A stretch of DNA of 64,000 bases from an uncultured Clostridia bacterium. GTDB taxonomy: Bacteria; Bacillota; Clostridia; Christensenellales; UBA1242. Positions 17,930 to 29,603 of this stretch are shown piece after piece; within the stretch, counting starts at the first letter, position 1, and each line of letters starts with the position of its first letter. The stretch lies in the NCBI GenBank assembly GCA_944349905.1, contig CALVNR010000007.1, positions 2,444-66,443 of the forward strand, in the 5' to 3' direction. A program made the position numbers and the translations under genes. The notes beneath the pieces are model-generated. The model had not been told where the DNA came from and ran no database searches. It was given only the letters and a program-made list of their open reading frames with translations.

Positions 17930-20419
17930 ATGCAAGAAAATTTTGAACAAGAAAAAATGGATATAGGAAGCGAAAGTCAAGTTGATCAATGGGGTTTGCC
18001 TAATGATTCCGGTTCAAACGGAGACGACAATGATAAAGGAATTATTTACAAAAGCATAGACGAAGTTTTGCACGAGTCTATGATTCCATATACCGAATGT
18101 GTTGTTATGGATAGAGCTTTACCTAGGGTTGAAGACGGATTAAAACCTGTTCAAAGAAGAATTTTATATTCTATGCTTGAATTGGGGATAACACCAGATA
18201 AACCTTATAGAAAAAGTGCAAGAATTGTTGGTGACTGTTTGGGTAAATATCATCCTCATGGCGATAGCTCTGTTTATGATGCAATGTGCCGTATGTCGCA
18301 AGATTATGTTTTGCGTGCGCCTCTTGTAGATGGACATGGAAACTTTGGTTCCATTGATGGCGATAGCCCAGCTGCTATGCGTTATACAGAAGCAAGACTT
18401 ACTCCACTTGCTATGGAACTTATGAAAGACCTTGAAAAAGATACTGTAAGATGGAGTTTAAACTTTGATGATACTTTAAAAGAACCTGACATGTTTCCTG
18501 GAAGATTTCCAAATTTGCTTGTAAACGGTGCATCAGGTATTGCAGTTGGTGTTGCAACAAACATTCCACCTCACAATTTGGGTGAAGTTATAGATGGTGT
18601 TGTTGCTTATATTGACAATCCAAATATAAAACTTGAACAGATGATGAAGATAATTAAATCACCTGACTTTCCTACTGGTGGACAATTGATTGTTGATGAT
18701 GGACTAGAACAAGCATATAGAACAGGCAAAGGCAAGATTATAATAAGAGCAAAAGTGGAAGTTGAAAAACAAGGGGAGAAAATTAATTTAGTCATATCTG
18801 AATTGCCTTATCAAGTAAATAAAGCACTTTTGCTTCAAAAAATTGCTGAACTTAAAGAACAAAATAAAGATAAACTTTCTTCTATCAGCGAAATTCGTGA
18901 TGAATCTGATAGAACAGGCATGAGAGCTGTTATAAAACTTAAAAAAGATGCAAATGTAAAAAAGATTTTGGAATATTTATATAAATCTACAAATTTACAA
19001 ACATCTTTTGCAATAAATATGGTTGCTATTGCTGGTGGCAAACCAAAACTTATGGGGCTTATTGATATAATTTCTTATTATGCTCAATATCAAAGAGAAA
19101 TTATAGTTAGAAGAACAAAATATGACCTTAATATGGCAAAAGACAGAGCTCATATCGTTGAAGGACTTTTAATTGCAATAAAAAACATTGATGAAGTTAT
19201 TAAGATAATAAAGAAGTCAGTTTCTGTCAGTGAAGCAAAACAAAAATTGAAAGATAGATTTGCTTTATCTGACAAACAAGCGCAAGCAATTTTGGACATG
19301 CGTCTTGCTAGACTTGTAAATCTTGAAGTTACAAAACTTGAAGACGAACTTAAAGAATTAAAAGCAAAAATAGATGAATTTGAAAAAATCCTTGCATCAA
19401 AAAAATTGCAATATGAAATTGTTAAAAAAGAAATTTTGGAGATTAAAAGAAATTACAATTCAAAAAGAAAATCAAAGTTGATTAAAGATGGTCAAATTGT
19501 TGTTGAAGAAGTAAAAGAAAATGACAATGATGAAGCAAATGAAGTAATTGTTGCTCTTTCTTGTGGTAATTCAATAAAAAGGATAAATCCAAAAAATTAT
19601 TCTATGAGTCAAAAAAATCTGTCAGACAATTCTACAATTACTGATGTTCATAGTCAAGTTGTAAAAGTTTCTTCAAATGAAACACTATTGATTTTTACAG
19701 ACAAAGGAAATTGTATAAAGACACAGGCTAGTGCAATAAAAGAATGCAAATGGCGTGACAAAGGAAATTCACTTGCTCAGATTGATAAAAATGCAAATGC
19801 AAATGAAGTTCCAATAAAATTTTTAACTATTGAAAAAGACAAAGAAGTTTTATTTATGACAAAGCAGGGTATGGTTAAAAAATCAAAAATAGATGATTTG
19901 TTGATTTCAAAATCTTACTATCAAGTTGTTAAATTAAATGACGGCGACAAACTTATTAATGTTGAATATGTCAAGAATGATAAAAATATTTTAATGCTTT
20001 CTACTCAGGGTATGGCTCTTGCTTTTTCTAATACAGAAGTTCCTTGTCAAGGTAGAATTTCAACTGGTGTTAAAGGAATAAATCTTGAAGAAAAAGATGA
20101 TGTCATATTTGCTGGGCAGATTGATTTTGACTCTGTTGTTGTAGTTAGTGAAAATGGATATATCAAAAAAATAAAAACAAATTTATTTGCACAAGGTTCA
20201 AGATATAGAAAAGGTTTAAAATATATTAATTTTGAAAAATCAGCAAAAAATGTTTATTTTGCATGTGAAGATAATGGAAATAGTATTTTGGCTGTTGATT
20301 TTGGACTTAAAATTTTGCCTTTGGAAACAAAGAAGTTGCCTTACAACGATAGATTGTCAACTGGAAATGAAATAATTAAAAAGAAATTTTTTAGTATTAA
20401 TAAATACAACTTATTATAA
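17930..20419 (+). CDS. parC: type IIA topoisomerase subunit A (ParC-like; no GyrA box seen)
   Basis: [13 protein letters not shown] (Gln as in ParC; GyrA usually has His). [12 protein letters not shown], and [10 protein letters not shown] with the active-site Tyr. I find no QRRGGKG-type GyrA box in the C-terminal domain. It has a ~40-aa N-terminal extension. Confidence 0.65.
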   Translation: MQENFEQEKMDIGSESQVDQWGLPNDSGSNGDDNDKGIIYKSIDEVLHESMIPYTECVVMDRALPRVEDGLKPVQRRILYSMLELGITPDKPYRKSARIVGDCLGKYHPHGDSSVYDAMCRMSQDYVLRAPLVDGHGNFGSIDGDSPAAMRYTEARLTPLAMELMKDLEKDTVRWSLNFDDTLKEPDMFPGRFPNLLVNGASGIAVGVATNIPPHNLGEVIDGVVAYIDNPNIKLEQMMKIIKSPDFPTGGQLIVDDGLEQAYRTGKGKIIIRAKVEVEKQGEKINLVISELPYQVNKALLLQKIAELKEQNKDKLSSISEIRDESDRTGMRAVIKLKKDANVKKILEYLYKSTNLQTSFAINMVAIAGGKPKLMGLIDIISYYAQYQREIIVRRTKYDLNMAKDRAHIVEGLLIAIKNIDEVIKIIKKSVSVSEAKQKLKDRFALSDKQAQAILDMRLARLVNLEVTKLEDELKELKAKIDEFEKILASKKLQYEIVKKEILEIKRNYNSKRKSKLIKDGQIVVEEVKENDNDEANEVIVALSCGNSIKRINPKNYSMSQKNLSDNSTITDVHSQVVKVSSNETLLIFTDKGNCIKTQASAIKECKWRDKGNSLAQIDKNANANEVPIKFLTIEKDKEVLFMTKQGMVKKSKIDDLLISKSYYQVVKLNDGDKLINVEYVKNDKNILMLSTQGMALAFSNTEVPCQGRISTGVKGINLEEKDDVIFAGQIDFDSVVVVSENGYIKKIKTNLFAQGSRYRKGLKYINFEKSAKNVYFACEDNGNSILAVDFGLKILPLETKKLPYNDRLSTGNEIIKKKFFSINKYNLL

Positions 20420-20442
20420 ATATTACATTAATGATTTTTTAA

Positions 20443-20473
20443 AAAGCAGTCTTAAAAAAAGACTGTTTTTTTT
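20443..20473 (+). terminator. intrinsic terminator
   Basis: CAGTCTT (20447-20453), loop AAAAA, AAGACTG (20459-20465), then an 8-T run. Confidence 0.8.
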
Positions 20474-20619
20474 ATTTTTAGTAAAATGTCATATTTATTT
20501 TTTTAGTCAATATATTATGGTATAGATTATCGACAAATTTTGTTCTTTTTCTTCAAAATTGTAATTTTTTCTTATTTGTCATTATCTATAAAAAATCTAT
20601 TATTAAAAGTGAGGTTTGT

Positions 20620-21384
20620 ATGCCATTTTGCGTTATCAAATCAAGAACAATTAAAATCTTTTTTGCGATGGTGGTTGTTGCTGTTTTACTTGCGTTGTCT
20701 ATTGAAGGGGGAGCTTGTGCCCAAGTGTGGTTTGGTTATAGCACAAGACTTGTTCCTGTATATAGAGTAGACACACAAGAAAAGCAAGTTGCAATTTCTT
20801 TTGATGCTGCTTGGGGAGCAGATAAAACAGAAGAAATATTGCAGGTTTTAAAAGATTATAACTGCACTGCAACTTTCTTTTTAGTTGGTTTTTGGGTGGA
20901 CAAATATCCTGATATGGTAAAAGCTATAGATGAAGCTGGTATTGAAATTGGAACTCACTCAAATACTCATCCAGATATGGCTAAAATAAGCGACGAGAAT
21001 ATTGCCAAAGAACTTGATATTTCTATTGAAAAGATAAAAGCTTTGACTGGCAAAGAAGTGTCATTGTTTAGGCCACCATATGGTTCTTACAGCAATCAAC
21101 TTATTAAAGCATGCGAAGAAAGGAATTTATTGCCTATTCAGTGGGACGTTGATTCTTTGGATTGGAAAGGTTTGTCAAGCGTTGATGTTACATCAAGAGT
21201 TATGGAAAAAGTTCAAAACGGTTCTATAATTTTAATGCACAACAATGCAGACAATGTTGTAGAATCAACAAAAATGGTACTTGAAAGATTGACAAATGAA
21301 GGTTATAAAGTTACTTCAATTGGAGAATTGGTTTATAAATCAAATTATACAATTGATAGAAATGGAGTGCAACACTCAAATTAA
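20620..21384 (+). CDS. NodB-type polysaccharide deacetylase, PdaB-like, membrane anchored
   Basis: N-terminal TM segment. It has the motifs ISFDAAWGAD (PdaB-type FDxxWG), HSNTHP and RPPYG. Confidence 0.65.
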   Translation: MPFCVIKSRTIKIFFAMVVVAVLLALSIEGGACAQVWFGYSTRLVPVYRVDTQEKQVAISFDAAWGADKTEEILQVLKDYNCTATFFLVGFWVDKYPDMVKAIDEAGIEIGTHSNTHPDMAKISDENIAKELDISIEKIKALTGKEVSLFRPPYGSYSNQLIKACEERNLLPIQWDVDSLDWKGLSSVDVTSRVMEKVQNGSIILMHNNADNVVESTKMVLERLTNEGYKVTSIGELVYKSNYTIDRNGVQHSN

Positions 21385-21395
21385 AAGGAGAAATT

Positions 21396-22070
21396 ATGGA
21401 AAACACAACGATTTTTGGATTGACAAACAATAAAGGACAGCTTATAGGTAAAATTTCAGAAGAACCTATTACAAAATTTGAAAGCAATGGAGAATATTTT
21501 TATGAATTAAAATTGATAGTTTCTAGATTGTCGGAAACTGTTGATACTATTCCTGTAACTATATCTCAGAATTTAATACAAAGTTATAATATAAAACTTA
21601 ATAGCGGCGAAAAAGTGGCTTTTAGTGGTGAATTTAGAAGTAGAAATGTTCAAGAAAACGGAAAAAGTCATTTGATGTTGAGTTTTTTCGCAAAAGATGT
21701 TTTAAATCAAGATAATCTTGTTGATAAAGATTGTAACAAAATTTGTTTGACGGGTTACATTTGTAAAACTCCTATTTATAGAGTTACACCATTTGAAAGA
21801 CAAATTTGTGATATTTTGCTTGCAGTAAATAGAGCAAATTATAATAAATCTGATTATCTCCCATGTATTGTTTGGGGAAGAAATGCAAAATTTATGGGCA
21901 ATATGCCTGTTGGAACAAAAGTTAGCATAGAAGGAAGAATTCAATCTAGAAATTACACAAAACAAAATGAAGAAGGTCAGGCTTTAAACAAAACAGCTTA
22001 TGAAATTTCTGTTTATAAATGCAAATTGGAATCTGAAAATGAAAGTTTGGAAGGAAAAGAAGAAGCGTAA
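21396..22070 (+). CDS. SSB-like protein with two tandem OB folds
   Basis: Both halves show the SSB pattern: residues ~10-105 (...VSRLSETVDTIPVTIS...GEKVAFSGEFRSRN...) and ~115-215 (ICLTGYICKTP...LLAVNRANYNKSDYLPCIVWGRNAKF...GTKVSIEGRIQSRNY...). It has no C-terminal D-x-x-P-F tip. Confidence 0.55.
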   Translation: MENTTIFGLTNNKGQLIGKISEEPITKFESNGEYFYELKLIVSRLSETVDTIPVTISQNLIQSYNIKLNSGEKVAFSGEFRSRNVQENGKSHLMLSFFAKDVLNQDNLVDKDCNKICLTGYICKTPIYRVTPFERQICDILLAVNRANYNKSDYLPCIVWGRNAKFMGNMPVGTKVSIEGRIQSRNYTKQNEEGQALNKTAYEISVYKCKLESENESLEGKEEA

Positions 22071-22095
22071 AAAAACTAAGCAACATGCTTAGTTT

Positions 22096-22866
22096 TTATT
22101 TTGAATTAATTTCTTTTCCAAGTTTTATTGACAAATCAATTATTTCGCAATATCTATATTTAATAAGAGATGACAATGTTTGTTCCTCATTTATTGGAAG
22201 TCCACCACAAAGTTTTTGCATTGTTTGTAATAAATCTTCTAGATATGTTTTTAATGTTTTTATATTTTCTTCTTCTACATTACCAAAAAGAATATTAAAA
22301 TCAGAGACGACTGTGTTTATAGTTGAAAAGGCAGAGTTTATTGCAAGTCTGGCAGAAATTTCATTATAAACCAAAGTGTCCAAACTAATAGCTATATCAA
22401 ACAAAAGTTTAAACGCGTTTTCAAATGAATTTAATGCTTTTTGAAAAACCTTTTTTTCTTCACTATCAACAGTTAAAGAAAAGGTAATAGAAGGAGATTT
22501 AATTTCAATTATACTAGTTTCTAAATTATGATTTGTTTTTATGCTGTTTTGTACTAGAAGTGCATCATTTTTGTTTAGGTAACAAGAACTCAATATATAA
22601 AAATAATCTCCTTGAGCAAAAGAATAACCACCAGCACCAAGTTTTTGATAATCTTTTGCAAGTGCTTGGGCACCTTTTTGGCTTAAAGCTTTATCAAAAG
22701 TTACAGCGTAATAAGTGAGTTGATTTGAACTTAAATTACAAGCAGATTTTTCTGTTTGTAATACCAAAAAAGAAGACAGCAAATTTGCACAAAAAAGTAT
22801 TAATACAAATGCAACCAATCCAATAATTACAAAAATGTTTTTTTTATTTTTAAATTTTTTTGGCAT
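22096..22866 (-). CDS. membrane-anchored protein with a SPOR-like domain
   Basis: N-terminal TM (IFVIIGLVAFVLILFCANLL). The segment YYAVTFDKALSQKGAQALAKDYQKLGAGGYSFAQGDYFYILSSCYLNKNDALLVQNSI resembles a SPOR repeat. The C-terminus is helical. Confidence 0.4.
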   Translation of the reverse strand: MPKKFKNKKNIFVIIGLVAFVLILFCANLLSSFLVLQTEKSACNLSSNQLTYYAVTFDKALSQKGAQALAKDYQKLGAGGYSFAQGDYFYILSSCYLNKNDALLVQNSIKTNHNLETSIIEIKSPSITFSLTVDSEEKKVFQKALNSFENAFKLLFDIAISLDTLVYNEISARLAINSAFSTINTVVSDFNILFGNVEEENIKTLKTYLEDLLQTMQKLCGGLPINEEQTLSSLIKYRYCEIIDLSIKLGKEINSK

Positions 22867-22956
22867 AAACTATTGATTTTTTCCTTTTTATATTTTATCA
22901 CTTTAATGTATGACAAAATAAATCAATGTATGAGTTTTTTAATTGTAAAAAATATT

Positions 22957-22984
22957 TTGTGATTTTGTTTTTGTGTCGTATAAT
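22957..22984 (+). promoter_or_regulatory. candidate sigma-A promoter of groES-groEL
   Basis: TTGTGA (22957-22962), a 16-nt spacer, then TATAAT (22979-22984). No CIRCE inverted repeat lies nearby. Confidence 0.4.
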
Positions 22985-23005
22985 ATAAAAGTAATGGAGG
23001 ATATT

Positions 23006-24921
<1,916 letters not shown>

Positions 24922-24926
24922 AAATA

Positions 24927-24965
24927 AAAACTATTTCGTTTAAATTTACGAAATAGTTTTTTTTA
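24927..24965. terminator. bidirectional terminator between groEL and the SDR gene
   Basis: AAAACTATTTCG (24927-24938), a 10-nt loop, CGAAATAGTTTT (24949-24960). It is flanked by A and T runs. Confidence 0.8.
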
Positions 24966-24966
24966 T

Positions 24967-25734
24967 TTATTTGCTTTTATAAAATATTTTTGTTAGCATT
25001 TTTAATCTAAAATTTTTTGCAAACAAGAATTGTAAATGATATAAAATTTTATTTCTTGCCCCCATAATATATTGAGGTTTAAGCTTTTTAGAAGATATAA
25101 TTTTAGTCATTATTTTTATTGCTTTTTCTAGTGGCATTCTTTTATCTTGATTTAAATCTATTTTTTCAGCAGACAATTTTATCGCATTACCGTATCTCTC
25201 ATTTGTTTCAAAATTTTTAACTCGGTTTTTTGTAAATTCTGTTTTTATATCACATGGATAAATAGCTGTAACTTGCAGATTAGTTTTACTTAGCTCCATT
25301 CTTAAACAATCACTTATCATACTTAATGCAGATTTGCTAGAACAATAAAAAGCTCTAAAAGGAAGAGGGAAGAGCGCACAAGCTGATGAAATATTTATAA
25401 TCTTACCTTTTTTATTCATCAATGGCAAAGCAAGTTGTAAAACATTTGTGGCACCTAAAACATTGACTTCAAATTGTTTTTTTATTGACTGGTCATCTAT
25501 TAATTCTATTGCACCAGAAATTCCATAACCTGCATTGTTTATAAGAATATCAATACCATCAATTTTTGTTGATATATCTAGAAAAATTTTTGAAAGTTCA
25601 TGTTTATTTGAAACATCACAAAGATAGTCGTCGTTGGAACGACTTATTCCAAAGACATTATGCCCAAGGTTTAAATAGTGTTGTTTAAGTGCTTTTCCAA
25701 TACCACTAGATGCACCAGTTATAACAATATTCAT
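24967..25734 (-). CDS. short-chain dehydrogenase/reductase (SDR) family oxidoreductase
   Basis: MNIVITGASSGIGKAL (TGxxxGxG), NNAG, and YCSSK (YxxxK). The ATG at 25734 follows the SD AAGGAGA. Confidence 0.8.
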   Translation of the reverse strand: MNIVITGASSGIGKALKQHYLNLGHNVFGISRSNDDYLCDVSNKHELSKIFLDISTKIDGIDILINNAGYGISGAIELIDDQSIKKQFEVNVLGATNVLQLALPLMNKKGKIINISSACALFPLPFRAFYCSSKSALSMISDCLRMELSKTNLQVTAIYPCDIKTEFTKNRVKNFETNERYGNAIKLSAEKIDLNQDKRMPLEKAIKIMTKIISSKKLKPQYIMGARNKILYHLQFLFAKNFRLKMLTKIFYKSK

Positions 25735-25845
25735 CAAAATTCTCCTTAATTATTTTTTCCTTTTTAGTATATAATATTATTGCAAACTTTCAAAATAATT
25801 TGACTTATTTGTTTGTTTGTATATAATTTATTTTATAGGTGGAAA

Positions 25846-26334
25846 ATGAATAAAACAAAAAAAATCTTATTAATAATTTCAACAATATTTTTATTTATAG
25901 GAATTGCTTATGATATTTTCTATATTGTAAGTTATTTTCAAACACCAGTTATTGATAGACCTGCAATTTTTTATTTAATATATGAATTTATAAATTTAGG
26001 ATTTATGATTGCTGTTGCAGTAATGATGATTTATATTTTGTGGGGCAATGGAAAATATTTTAGAGAAAGGTATAGATATTTTGTTACTTCATTAATTATC
26101 TCAATATGTTTAAATTTATTTTCAGTTTCTACTATTTTAATGATTATTTCTATTTATTTTAACGACTCAGTTATTTTTTACACAAATAAAGAAAAAAATA
26201 AAAATGTGGTTGATATTACTCCTGAAAATGAGATGAATGAAAAAGAACAAAAGATACAATCTTTAAGAAAGATGAAGGAAGAAGGCAAGATTAGTGAAGA
26301 GCAGTTTCAAGAAGAAATAATGAAATTATTATAA
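25846..26334 (+). CDS. membrane protein with a C-terminal SHOCT-like domain
   Basis: Four predicted TM segments. The C-terminus KIQSLRKMKEEGKISEEQFQEEIMKLL matches the SHOCT pattern. Confidence 0.5.
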   Translation: MNKTKKILLIISTIFLFIGIAYDIFYIVSYFQTPVIDRPAIFYLIYEFINLGFMIAVAVMMIYILWGNGKYFRERYRYFVTSLIISICLNLFSVSTILMIISIYFNDSVIFYTNKEKNKNVVDITPENEMNEKEQKIQSLRKMKEEGKISEEQFQEEIMKLL

Positions 26335-26359
26335 AAAAAACGGACTTTGTCCGTTTTTA
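26333..26359. terminator. bidirectional terminator
   Basis: ACGGAC (26340-26345), loop TTT, GTCCGT (26349-26354). An A run precedes it and a T run follows. Confidence 0.7.
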
Positions 26360-26803
26360 TTTTTTTCTCTTACTTTTAAAAAATGTTGTCAACAGCATAG
26401 ACGCTTCTTTTTCATATTCGGGCATAAAGAATGTTTTTGTATGATGATTTAATCTATCGCTTTTCAAAATTTCTTCACATAAATTTGAATTTGAAGTTTT
26501 TTCTTTGCAAGCATAAAAAACATTTTCTATTCTTGCATTTAAAATAGCGCCAGCGCACATAGGGCAAGGTTCAAGCGTTACATACATTTGACAATTTTCA
26601 AGACGCCATGATTTTTCTTTTTTGCAGGCTTTGTTTATAGCAACAATTTCTGCATGATTTATTGCATTTTGTGTTTTTTCTCGTTTATTAAAACCTTTTG
26701 CTATAATTTTTCCATTTTTTACAATAACTGCGCCAATAGGAACTTCACCTTTTTTGTATGCTTTTTTGGCCAAAATTAAAGCCTCTTCCATAAAATCTTT
26801 CAT
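26357..26803 (-). CDS. tadA: tRNA adenosine(34) deaminase TadA
   Basis: GEVPIGAVIV, HAEIVAI and PCPMCAGA zinc-binding motifs. I prefer the start at 26803 (MKDFMEEAL). Confidence 0.85.
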   Translation of the reverse strand: MKDFMEEALILAKKAYKKGEVPIGAVIVKNGKIIAKGFNKREKTQNAINHAEIVAINKACKKEKSWRLENCQMYVTLEPCPMCAGAILNARIENVFYACKEKTSNSNLCEEILKSDRLNHHTKTFFMPEYEKEASMLLTTFFKSKRKK

Positions 26804-26847
26804 GTTTATATAATAATAAAAATCTTTTTTAAAGTAAAGCATATTTG

Positions 26848-26876
26848 TTGTTTTTTTTTAATCGTTGTAGTATAAT
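26848..26876 (+). promoter_or_regulatory. sigma-A type promoter; leaderless candidate for the first CPBP gene
   Basis: TTGTTT (26848-26853), a 17-nt spacer, then TATAAT (26871-26876). The ATG is at 26883, 6 nt later, with no SD. Confidence 0.45.
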
Positions 26877-26882
26877 TGAGTG

Positions 26883-27842
26883 ATGGAAAAAGAAAACAAA
26901 ATTTTTGAAAAAAGAAATTTTTATACAGAAGATGATAGTGGCAAAATTTATATTTTAAGTTTGTTGATACCAATATTGGTATCATTGTTTATGTTCATGC
27001 TATGTTCTGGTATATTTGCTATGGCTGGAAAAAATCCAGAAACATTATCTGAACAAATATGGTATAAAGTGATTTCGGCAGTCGTATCTTCTTTATCTTT
27101 TGTATTTATATATCTTATTTACAACAAAATATACAAAGTATCAAACAAAATTGTAAATTATGATTTTAAAATGGGTTGGCAAAATTATATAATTGCCGTT
27201 TTTGTTGGTTTGATTGTCCTTTTAGGTATGCAAAACTTTATCGGTCTTTTTGATAAATTATGGGAAAAAATAGGCTTTCAATTACAAACAACTTTACTTC
27301 CAATAAATACTTTTGGCTTCTTTGTTTTAAATGTGCTTGTTAGTGCAGTTGCACCGGCTATTTGCGAAGAAATTGTTTTTAGAGGTGTAATTTTAAATGG
27401 ACTAAGAAGTAAATTTAAAGACGGAATTTGTATCGTTTTATCTGCTTTAATGTTTGCTTTAATGCATGGAAGTTTGCAACAACTTGTTTATCCGTTTTTA
27501 TTTGGTATTATATTAGCAATTCTTTATATACGTACAGGTTCTATCATTGCTTGTATGTTAACTCATTTTACAAATAATTTTTTTGTTTTGCTATTTTCTT
27601 ATCTTCAAACAAAAACAAATATTTCAATGATTTTGCCTACAACATGGTGGGGAATTATAATTTCAATTCTTTTGGTGTTTGTTGTATTTGCTATTATCTT
27701 TTTAATAGACAAATTTTATTACAAGCATAAAAATAAATATGAAACAGATAAACAATTTGGAAGAACATCCTTGTTTTTATGGGTATCATTAGGAGTTGCT
27801 GTTTTTCTTTTTATTTTTAATTTAATATTTGCTTTGTCGTAA
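26883..27842 (+). CDS. CPBP family intramembrane glutamic endopeptidase (CAAX protease / Abi-like)
   Basis: EEIVFRG, FALMHG and HFTNNF motifs; polytopic. Confidence 0.75.
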   Translation: MEKENKIFEKRNFYTEDDSGKIYILSLLIPILVSLFMFMLCSGIFAMAGKNPETLSEQIWYKVISAVVSSLSFVFIYLIYNKIYKVSNKIVNYDFKMGWQNYIIAVFVGLIVLLGMQNFIGLFDKLWEKIGFQLQTTLLPINTFGFFVLNVLVSAVAPAICEEIVFRGVILNGLRSKFKDGICIVLSALMFALMHGSLQQLVYPFLFGIILAILYIRTGSIIACMLTHFTNNFFVLLFSYLQTKTNISMILPTTWWGIIISILLVFVVFAIIFLIDKFYYKHKNKYETDKQFGRTSLFLWVSLGVAVFLFIFNLIFALS

Positions 27843-27908
27843 AAACTGTAATTTTTATTAATGTTTTAAATAAAATACTTTATATAGTAAAATTTTTTTA
27901 GGAGTTAT

Positions 27909-29051
27909 ATGTTTACAAAAAACAAAATATCAACAAGTTCTTTAATCTGCTATTTTTTGATAGTTGTTCTTTTTGCTGTCCTTAGAATGCTTTCTGCTTT
28001 TGGCGTATTTGATAATGCTGGAAGTTATTTAGATATCATTCTAAATGTTGTCATACAACTTGGTATTCTTTTTTCTATTTCTGTCTTTGGTTTTTCAATT
28101 ATAAGAAAAAACAAAGTTAAGGATACTATAAAGTTTTACGGTTTTAAAAAAATATCTTTTAATGCAGTTTTTATTTCAATATTAATTGGGATTGTCGTTT
28201 ATTTTTTAAATATATTTGTAGCTACATTTTTTAACACTATTTTGACTTTATTTGGATATTCTTCTACTTCATCAGGAACAGTCGTAACGAGTTATCCATT
28301 TTGGTTATTTTTAATTAATATTATAGTTACAGCAGTTTTACCAGGTATTTGTGAAGAAACAGCGCATAGGGGAATGCTTTTAAAAGGCTTGTCAGGTCAT
28401 GAACAAGTAAAAGCACTTGTTATTTCTTCATTGCTTTTTGGTTTTATGCATATGAATATTGAACAATTTTTCTATGCAACTTTAATTGGACTTTTGGTTG
28501 GATATGTTGCTCTTATTTGTGATTCTATTTATCCAGCTATTATTGTTCACTTTATGAACAATGCTCTTTCAGTTTTTGCAGGTTATTCTTCTGTTAACAA
28601 TTTGGGCTTTGAAAAGATTATTGGAACTTTCAATTATGTTTTGCAGTCAAATTTTATTTTAGGATTTTTGATGATAATAATGTTTGTTGTAGGTCTTGCT
28701 TTTCTTTTAAAAATTTTACTCAAATTGTTATTTAAAGAAACAACAGTTAAGAATATGGCGTTTTTGCAAGATAGAATTATGAAACAAATTCAAAAAGAAA
28801 ATTATTTAAAAGAACTTGATGCTATGAAAAACGGGGAAAAAGCTCAAACAAAAAATTTTATTTCTTTTGAGGAGTTTGATAAATTATATAAAGAAAATAA
28901 TCAAGAGTTGGGGCTTATGTCTGAAATGGAAAAACAAATGCTTTCCGAACCAAATCAAAAATTTACTTTTATTCAAAAAATCTTGCTTACTGCAATAATT
29001 GTTATATCTGCTGGTGTAACTTTGTTTACTTTTATTTGGGGAGTAATTTAA
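27909..29051 (+). CDS. CPBP family intramembrane glutamic endopeptidase, second paralogue with a C-terminal extension
   Basis: CEETAHRG, FGFMH and HFMNN motifs. It carries an extra ~100 aa soluble segment plus a terminal TM. Confidence 0.75.
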   Translation: MFTKNKISTSSLICYFLIVVLFAVLRMLSAFGVFDNAGSYLDIILNVVIQLGILFSISVFGFSIIRKNKVKDTIKFYGFKKISFNAVFISILIGIVVYFLNIFVATFFNTILTLFGYSSTSSGTVVTSYPFWLFLINIIVTAVLPGICEETAHRGMLLKGLSGHEQVKALVISSLLFGFMHMNIEQFFYATLIGLLVGYVALICDSIYPAIIVHFMNNALSVFAGYSSVNNLGFEKIIGTFNYVLQSNFILGFLMIIMFVVGLAFLLKILLKLLFKETTVKNMAFLQDRIMKQIQKENYLKELDAMKNGEKAQTKNFISFEEFDKLYKENNQELGLMSEMEKQMLSEPNQKFTFIQKILLTAIIVISAGVTLFTFIWGVI

Positions 29052-29509
29052 TGCTTACGATAAATTTGGTTTGTGTTGGAAATTTAAAGGAAAAATTTTG
29101 GCAAGATGCTGAAAAAGAATATTCAAAACGCCTTTCTAAATTTTGCAATTTGAAGATATTTCAAGTGGAAGAAGAAAATAGCGCAGGGGAAGTTGAAAAA
29201 ATTTTGTCACTTGAAGGAAAATCTATTTTAAATCATTGTAAAGGAAAAACTTATCTTCTTGCTATAGATGGTAAAAATCTTAGTAGTGAAGAATTTGCAA
29301 AAGAAATTAAGGATATTGCTCTTGTGGACAGTCAAATAACTTTTGTTATTGGAGGTTCATATGGAGTAAGTAACGAAGTTAAAGAAAAAATAGCAAAAAA
29401 ATTATCATTTGGGAAACCAACATTTCCACACAATTTGGCAAGAATTATGTTGCTTGAACAAATTTATAGAGCATTTATGATAAATTCTGGTTCAAAATAC
29501 CATAAATAA
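29051..29509 (+). CDS. rlmH: 23S rRNA (pseudouridine1915-N3)-methyltransferase RlmH
   Basis: MLTINLVCVGNLKEKF..., IGGSYG, and C-terminal LLEQIYRAF. A TAATG overlap joins it to the upstream stop. Confidence 0.85.
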   Translation: MLTINLVCVGNLKEKFWQDAEKEYSKRLSKFCNLKIFQVEEENSAGEVEKILSLEGKSILNHCKGKTYLLAIDGKNLSSEEFAKEIKDIALVDSQITFVIGGSYGVSNEVKEKIAKKLSFGKPTFPHNLARIMLLEQIYRAFMINSGSKYHK

Positions 29510-29603
29510 ATTTATAACACATTAAAAAACAATAAAGAAAATAACATAGATAATATTACTGTGAACAATGAAAATAATGAAAGATATTTAAACATAAAAA
29601 CTC

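Noticed and set aside
15945-20419. Calling the topoisomerase pair gyrB/gyrA
   Set aside because: The A subunit has KPVQRRIL (ParC-type Gln), and I could find no GyrA box (QRRGGKG-like) in its C-terminal domain. The pair is also not next to dnaA, dnaN or recF. I therefore label it parE/parC-like. Some A-subunit motifs ([10 protein letters not shown]) look GyrA-like, so a phylogeny is needed.
20540-20770. 76-aa ORF overlapping the start of the deacetylase gene
   Set aside because: It has no SD and an F/L-rich composition. It overlaps, in another frame, a gene with a clear SD and NodB motifs.
22973-23005. The N-terminal extension of groES suggested by the ORF track (start 22973)
   Set aside because: The extension would begin inside the predicted -10 box. 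The ATG at 23006 has a perfect GGAGG SD and yields the canonical MEIKPL... GroES N-terminus.
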